Positions 18,034 through 24,336 of a DNA stretch of 24,336 nt are shown here, piece by piece (the stretch's first letter is position 1; every line of letters begins with the position of its first letter). Source of the stretch: Phycisphaeraceae bacterium (lineage in GTDB: Bacteria > Planctomycetota > Phycisphaerae > Phycisphaerales > Zrk34). The notes under the pieces are model-generated. The model saw only the letters and a program-made list of their open reading frames with translations. It made no database searches and had not been told where the DNA came from. The position numbers were made by a program, and so were the translations under genes. The DNA is taken from the NCBI GenBank assembly GCA_040905565.1, contig JBBDRF010000029.1, positions 19,662-43,997 of the forward strand, read 5' to 3'.

Positions 18034-19476
18034 TCACGAGCGGCGCGGCGGCACGTGCTCCGGCGCCGCATCCATCACAACGGGAAGCTTCGCAGCCTGC
18101 CAGGCCGTCATCCCGCCGAGCACATTCATCACGTTCTCATACCCCGCCCGCTGCAGGAACGAAGCGGCAATGGCCGCCCGGTACCCCGAGCCGCACACGA
18201 CGGCCAACGGCTGATCGCTCGGCACCTCGTCTAGATGGTTCTGCAGCACGCCGCCGTGAATGTGCAAAGCGTTCTCGATGTGCCCGCTGGTCCACTCCGA
18301 ATCCGTCCGCACATCAAGCACTGTCGGCCGTTGCCCGTCCTGCAGTTGATCACGCAGATCGTGAACGCTGATCGTGCGCAGCGTGGCGACGGGATAACCG
18401 CGCATCTGCCAGGCGTCGATGCCGCCTTCGAGGTAGCCGACGATGTCGTCGAACCCCACGCGGATCAGGTCGGCCGCAATGCGTGGCGTCTGGGCCGGCT
18501 CGTCGGTCACCACAATGATCGGCTGATCGTAAGCCAGCACCCAACCCGCCCACGTCGCCAGATTCGGGCCGAATGGGATGTTGATCGAATCGGGAATGTG
18601 GGCCGCTGCGAACGCCTCCTTCGAGCGCACATCAACGATCAGGCAGCGCTCGCATACACGTTCGTGCACAGCGTCGGCGTTGATGCGGCGCTGGCCCGGC
18701 AGCTGCGGCCCGATGATCGGCACCCAATCCCGGTTCACCTGTTTCATGTGCGAAAAGTACGGCGGGGCAAGCGGCATCTGCGCCAACAGATCGTTCACCC
18801 AGCGGGGCTCGGGCTTGTGCTGCAGCGCATCGCTGAAGCGCCGTTCGTAGCCGAGCGTCGACGAATCGCGCGACCCGATCGCCTTACCGCACAGCGAACC
18901 CGCACCGTGGGCGGGGAAAATCTCGGTGTACTCCGGCAGGCCCGGCAGCTTATCGAAGACGCTGGTGTAGAGCTGATGGGCGAGCTTTTTGCGTTCGTCC
19001 GGACCGAGCAGATCAGGCCGACCGACGTCGCCGACGAACAGGAAGTCGCCTGTGAAGATGAGCCAGGGCGTCTCGTCATCGCGTGAGGTATCGACCAGTG
19101 CGTAGCTGACATGCTCGGGCGTGTGGCCGGGCGTGTGGAGGACGTCGAACCGCAGCCGTCCCATGCGCAGGCAGTCGCCATCCTTCAGCACCACGTCGGC
19201 GTAAGGCGGCGTCCAGCCCTCGCCGCCTTCGCCTGAGCAATAGATCTTCGGCTCGTCGTGGAGCCTTGCTTTGAGCTCCCGCGCGCCGCTCACGAAGTCG
19301 GCGTGAACGTGCGTTTCGAAGATATGCCGAATCCGCAGGCCCTCGGCGCGGGCCCAGTCGATCAAGCCGTCGATGTCGCGGGTCGGGTCGACCACCGCCG
19401 CTTCGCCGGTGCGTTCATCGCCCACGGCATAAGTGTTGATGGCGAGCCCGGGCACGAAAAACTGCCGCATACGCAT
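18034..19476 (-). CDS. MBL-fold hydrolase/persulfide dioxygenase fused to tandem rhodanese domains (CstB-like)
   Basis: ETHVHADF, HTPGHTPEH, TGDFLFVGDVGRPDL and HGAGSLCG motifs; first rhodanese lacks the loop Cys, second has CGSGYR; AGGAG SD. Confidence 0.9.
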   Translation of the reverse strand: MRMRQFFVPGLAINTYAVGDERTGEAAVVDPTRDIDGLIDWARAEGLRIRHIFETHVHADFVSGARELKARLHDEPKIYCSGEGGEGWTPPYADVVLKDGDCLRMGRLRFDVLHTPGHTPEHVSYALVDTSRDDETPWLIFTGDFLFVGDVGRPDLLGPDERKKLAHQLYTSVFDKLPGLPEYTEIFPAHGAGSLCGKAIGSRDSSTLGYERRFSDALQHKPEPRWVNDLLAQMPLAPPYFSHMKQVNRDWVPIIGPQLPGQRRINADAVHERVCERCLIVDVRSKEAFAAAHIPDSINIPFGPNLATWAGWVLAYDQPIIVVTDEPAQTPRIAADLIRVGFDDIVGYLEGGIDAWQMRGYPVATLRTISVHDLRDQLQDGQRPTVLDVRTDSEWTSGHIENALHIHGGVLQNHLDEVPSDQPLAVVCGSGYRAAIAASFLQRAGYENVMNVLGGMTAWQAAKLPVVMDAAPEHVPPRRS

Positions 19477-19509
19477 GAGCGCCTCTCCTGAAAAATTGTC
19501 GCACGTCTC

Positions 19510-20343
19510 TTACTGCTGCGCGGCCAGCGGCTGCAGAACGTTCTGCTGGTAAGCCTCGCGCCCGAGGACGTAATCCGGGCTGTCAACGGCGAAGGCATAC
19601 TCGCGTGAGACCAACCGCTCGACGCGCTCAATGCGCGTCTGCGGCAGCGGGTGGGTCTGGAGAAATTCAATCCCGCCCGCGCTGCCGCCCGCCTCCTTAA
19701 GCACCTGCAGCACCTGCAACATGCCTCGCGGATCGTAACCAAGGTTCGTCATGTACCGCAGCCCAAGTTCGTCGGCTTCGGATTCCTGATCACGGCTGAA
19801 GCTGAGCATGTAAACCTGCCCGCCGACGCCGCCGATTACCTCCACCCACTGGCTCTCGGTGGCCGCACCCGCAGCGGAAAGCCCTGCCTGCAGCAGCATC
19901 GAGCGGCTCATCTGCTGGTTGATGTGCAGCCCCGTCACGTGCCCGATCTCATGGGCGAGCACGCCGGCGAGTTGAGCTTCGTTATCGAATTTCGAGATGA
20001 GCCCGCGTGTGATGAACACCTTGCCCCCGGGCAGTGCGAAGGCGTTGATCTGCTCGCTGTCCAGGACCGTGAACTCCCACGGCAGGTCGGGCCGTTCGCT
20101 CTCGGCCGCCATGCGCTGCCCCAGCTGCGAGACGTACTCATTGACCTGCGGGATATCCAGCTGACCGCCGTACTCCTCGCGGAACTGCGGGGCGGCTTCC
20201 TCGCCGATCGCGATCTCTTCGCTTTGGGTTAGAAAATTCAACTGCCGCTCCCCGGTGGCGGGCACGGTCTCACAGCCGCTGAGGGGCATGATCACGAAAA
20301 CACTTGCAAGGACAGTAGATTTAATCAGATGGATCAAATGCAT
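19510..20343 (-). CDS. M48-family zinc metallopeptidase lipoprotein
   Basis: INAFALPGG, LAHEIGH, FSRDQESEADELG and FLQTHP motifs; LSG-C lipobox; AGGAG SD and TATAAT (20394-20399) upstream. Confidence 0.93.
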   Translation of the reverse strand: MHLIHLIKSTVLASVFVIMPLSGCETVPATGERQLNFLTQSEEIAIGEEAAPQFREEYGGQLDIPQVNEYVSQLGQRMAAESERPDLPWEFTVLDSEQINAFALPGGKVFITRGLISKFDNEAQLAGVLAHEIGHVTGLHINQQMSRSMLLQAGLSAAGAATESQWVEVIGGVGGQVYMLSFSRDQESEADELGLRYMTNLGYDPRGMLQVLQVLKEAGGSAGGIEFLQTHPLPQTRIERVERLVSREYAFAVDSPDYVLGREAYQQNVLQPLAAQQ

Positions 20344-20468
20344 CAGTGCGGCACTCCTGGTGCGATGCGAGGGTGGATCGACAACGACCGCGCATTATAA
20401 GACGCCCAAGGCCGGTGTCTGGCCCCCGGGCGAAAATCATGATTTCACTGAGGCCCCCGCCACACTGC

Positions 20469-21209
20469 CTACGCCGATTCCATCAACCGTTTCATCTCAC
20501 GCACCGCTTCACGCAGCCCCACAAAAACCGCCCGGCTCACAATCGCGTGACCGATATGCAGCTCGCAGATATCCGGCAGCGCCGCCACCGGTTTCACGTT
20601 CACATAATTCAGCGCATGCCCGGCATTGAATCGCATGCCCGCTGCAACGATCCGCCGACCCGCATCGGCCACCTTCGCAAGCTCCGCCCGTGCCGCCGCA
20701 CCTCCCGCATCTCGGCCGTGATCATGAAACGCATGCGCATACGCCCCGGTGTGCACCTCGCAGACCGAGAAGCCCGCCTCCGCCGCCGCCTCCACCTGCT
20801 GAGCTTCGGGATCGATGAAAGCACTGGCGATAAGCCCGCCCTCCCGCAGCGCCGCCACCACGTCCTTCATCCGCGAAAGCTGCCCCGCCACATCCAGCCC
20901 GCCCTCCGTCGTCACCTCGTCCCGGCCCTCCGGCACAAGCATTGCAAGCTGCGGCCGCACCCGCCGCGCGATCGCCACCATCTCATCCGTGGCCGCCATC
21001 TCAAGATTCAGCTTCACGTGACACATCGCCGCGAGGCGTTCCACGTCGTGATCCTGAATATGTCGGCGGTCCTCACGCAGGTGCACCGTGATGCCCTCCG
21101 CGCCGCCGAGCTGCGCTTCCACCGCCGCCCACACCGGGTCCGGTTCGTACGTCCGCCGAGCCTGCCGCACCGTCGCCACGTGATCGATATTAACGCCAAG
21201 TTCAATCAT
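20469..21209 (-). CDS. pdxJ: Pyridoxine 5'-phosphate synthase
   Basis: LGVNIDHVATVRQAR, ITVHLREDRRHIQD, TTEGGLDV, EVHTG, NAGHALNY and ELHIGHAI motifs. Confidence 0.97.
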   Translation of the reverse strand: MIELGVNIDHVATVRQARRTYEPDPVWAAVEAQLGGAEGITVHLREDRRHIQDHDVERLAAMCHVKLNLEMAATDEMVAIARRVRPQLAMLVPEGRDEVTTEGGLDVAGQLSRMKDVVAALREGGLIASAFIDPEAQQVEAAAEAGFSVCEVHTGAYAHAFHDHGRDAGGAAARAELAKVADAGRRIVAAGMRFNAGHALNYVNVKPVAALPDICELHIGHAIVSRAVFVGLREAVREMKRLMESA

Positions 21210-21275
21210 GGTGCGATGATGATAACCAAATCCCGCGAACACTTCCCGCCCCCCAATCCAGAGCGAACGCACAGG

Positions 21276-21388
21276 GGGTGCCCCGGCCAGCGAAGACGGC
21301 CGGGCGGAATGCGGCATCAATCAACGGCCTCAGCGCACGCACGGATGAACCCGGCCGTCTCGCTAAGCGCTCGCTGGCCGGGGCACCC
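21276..21388. repeat. Family A REP-like inverted doublet (short 21276-21304 +, long 21350-21388 -)
   Basis: GGGTGCCCCGGCC...GGCCGGG in both copies; 45-nt spacer; lies between divergent pdxJ and cca. Confidence 0.9.
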
Positions 21389-21419
21389 TCAGGTTCAAAA
21401 CGAACGGTACACTACCCCC

Positions 21420-22706
<1,287 letters not shown>

Positions 22707-22742
22707 CGGGCGATCGCAGATCGCCGTTTGACGCTCTGAAAC

Positions 22743-24155
22743 TCAGTTGAGCCGCTGCGAAGCCCCGTCGCCCCCACCCGCCGCCTGTCCATCACCCAAC
22801 GGCGTGTCAACCACATCCGCCCGGCCGATCGAGTAGTACGAGAAGCCGAAGCGGCGCATCGCGTCGGGGCGGTAGAGGTTGCGACCGTCAAACACGACCG
22901 GCTGCGCCATCAAGGCTTTCATCTCATCGAAGTCCGGCTGCCTGAACTCCGCCCAATCCGTGCAGATCACCAACGCGTCCGCCTTCGCCAGCGTCGCCAT
23001 CGTGTCGTCGGCGTAGGTGACCTGCGAATCGAACAACGTCTGAGCGGTCGGCATCGCCACGGGATCGAAAGCACAAACCTCCGCACCCGCTTTCGTCAGA
23101 TGGTTGATGATGTCCACCGCCGGGGCGTCGCGCATGTCGTCGGTGCCGGGCTTGAACGCCAGCCCCCAGATCGCGATGCGTTTGCCCGCAAAGTCGCCGT
23201 TGAAGTGCTGATCGATCCGCTTAATGAACCGCTGTCGTTGCGCCAGGTTCACCGCATGAACCGCCGTCATCAACTCCGCGCCGCGGTCGGTCGCCTCACC
23301 CATCGTGATGCAAGCCCGCACGTCTTTCGGGAAGCACGACCCGCCGAAGCCCAGCCCCGGATAAAGAAACTGGTTGCCGATGCGCTGGTCCGAGCACATG
23401 CCGCGACGCACTTCTTCAATGTCCGCCCCGTAGTGTTCGCAAAGCCCCGCCACTTCGTTGATGAAGCTGATCTTCGTCGCCAGCATCGTGTTCGCGGCGT
23501 ACTTGACCATCTCCGCCGAGGGGATGTCCATGATGAAGATGGGGTTGCCCTGCCTTACGAACGGATCGTAAAGCTCGCGCATCCGGTCGCCCACGCGGGA
23601 ATCTTCCACGCCGACCACCACGCGGTCAGGCTTGTTGAAGTCGGCAATCGCCGCACCTTCTTTGAGGAATTCCGGGTTCGAAGCCATCAGGTAAGGCTTG
23701 CTCGTGTGCTCGCCGATGGCCTGCTGAACTTTGCGGTTCGTGCCGACGGGCACGGTGGATTTCACGACCACGATCTTCGGCCGGGTCTGGTCGACCGTGC
23801 CGCCGGTTGCGCCCGGTGCCGCCTCGATGCCCTTGCCCACGTCCGACGCAACCGCCAGCACCGCCGAAAGATCCGCCCGCCCGACTTCGTCGCTCGGCGT
23901 GCCCACACAGATGAAAATGATCTCACCGTGCTCGTACGCCTGCTGCTTGTCGGTCGTGAACGTCAGCCGGCCAGCGCGAAGGTTCCGCCGCAGCATCTCT
24001 TCCAGGCCGAGTTCGTGGATGGTCGCTTCGCCGCGGCTGAGACGGGCGATCTTGCTCGCATCAACATCCAGGCAGACCACATCGTTGCCCGTATTCGCCA
24101 GGCAGGTACCCGTAACAAGCCCGACATAACCGGTGCCAACAATCGTGATCTGCAT
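22743..24155 (-). CDS. ugd: UDP-glucose 6-dehydrogenase
   Basis: IVGTGYVGL, CVGTP, KSTVPVGT, SNPEFLKEG, GFGGSCFPKD and GLAFKPGTDDMR motifs; GGGAG SD before ATG 24155. Confidence 0.95.
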   Translation of the reverse strand: MQITIVGTGYVGLVTGTCLANTGNDVVCLDVDASKIARLSRGEATIHELGLEEMLRRNLRAGRLTFTTDKQQAYEHGEIIFICVGTPSDEVGRADLSAVLAVASDVGKGIEAAPGATGGTVDQTRPKIVVVKSTVPVGTNRKVQQAIGEHTSKPYLMASNPEFLKEGAAIADFNKPDRVVVGVEDSRVGDRMRELYDPFVRQGNPIFIMDIPSAEMVKYAANTMLATKISFINEVAGLCEHYGADIEEVRRGMCSDQRIGNQFLYPGLGFGGSCFPKDVRACITMGEATDRGAELMTAVHAVNLAQRQRFIKRIDQHFNGDFAGKRIAIWGLAFKPGTDDMRDAPAVDIINHLTKAGAEVCAFDPVAMPTAQTLFDSQVTYADDTMATLAKADALVICTDWAEFRQPDFDEMKALMAQPVVFDGRNLYRPDAMRRFGFSYYSIGRADVVDTPLGDGQAAGGGDGASQRLN

Positions 24156-24209
24156 ATTCTTAACTCCCACCAGCGCGCGTCATACGGCGTAGGCTGAAAC
24201 GGTCAGCTG

Positions 24210-24229
24210 AAAAAGCGCTCCGCGAGCGC
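24210..24229 (-). terminator. Possible weak terminator downstream of tRNA-Cys
   Basis: Minus strand reads GCGCTC GCG GAGCGC TTTTT. Confidence 0.35.
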
Positions 24230-24284
24230 GTCACTCTGACATCTATCGTTCCAGCCGCTTTGAACCTTTAGAACGCTGCGAAAA

Positions 24285-24336
24285 AGGCCGCGGTGGGATT
24301 CGAACCCACGAATAACGGATTTGCAATCCGTCGCCT
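24285..24336 (-). tRNA. tRNA-Cys(GCA), 5' part outside the window
   Basis: Minus strand: anticodon arm ACGGA-TTGCAAA-TCCGT, T arm GTGGG-TTCGAAT-CCCAC, acceptor 3' strand CGCGGCC, discriminator U; no encoded CCA. Confidence 0.95.

Noticed and set aside
20346..21419. 786-aa ORF suggesting a large N-terminal fusion to the CCA enzyme
   Set aside because: The extension is antisense to pdxJ and crosses a REP doublet; homology begins after ATG 21420.
24156..24336. tRNA-Cys 3' end as an island integration site
   Set aside because: No integrase is present, no duplicated tRNA 3' end was seen in the window, and the downstream genes are core.

Overview
GC-rich bacterial chromosomal segment made mostly of core and metabolic genes. 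The gene content and repeat style suggest a planctomycete, but that is an inference. It carries a FecCD/BtuC permease and BtuF-like binding protein, a tail-anchored coiled-coil protein, metG, bioD with a UbiA-family prenyltransferase, infC, an atypical Ser/Thr-kinase-fold gene with gluconokinase, and an ECF sigma / putative anti-sigma / exported protein operon. It continues with rsmD, two divergent paralogous SAM methyltransferases, hisS, a metallophosphoesterase, an MBL-rhodanese fusion, an M48 peptidase, pdxJ, a CCA-adding enzyme, ugd and the 3' part of tRNA-Cys. I see no transposase, integrase, phage, CRISPR or defence genes, and I cannot claim a clear-cut new multi-gene system. The most unexplained signal is non-coding or small: (1) two unrelated REP-like hairpin families (7 copies each), one forming short+long heterodimers with a near-fixed 45-46 nt spacer; (2) a ~210-nt infC leader with mutually exclusive stems and a probable AUA start; (3) many genes with a -10 box only 6-9 nt before ATG, suggesting leaderless mRNAs; (4) a head-to-head methyltransferase paralog pair bracketed by identical inverted REPs; (5) two small proteins under 60 aa; (6) patchy C/G strand skew.
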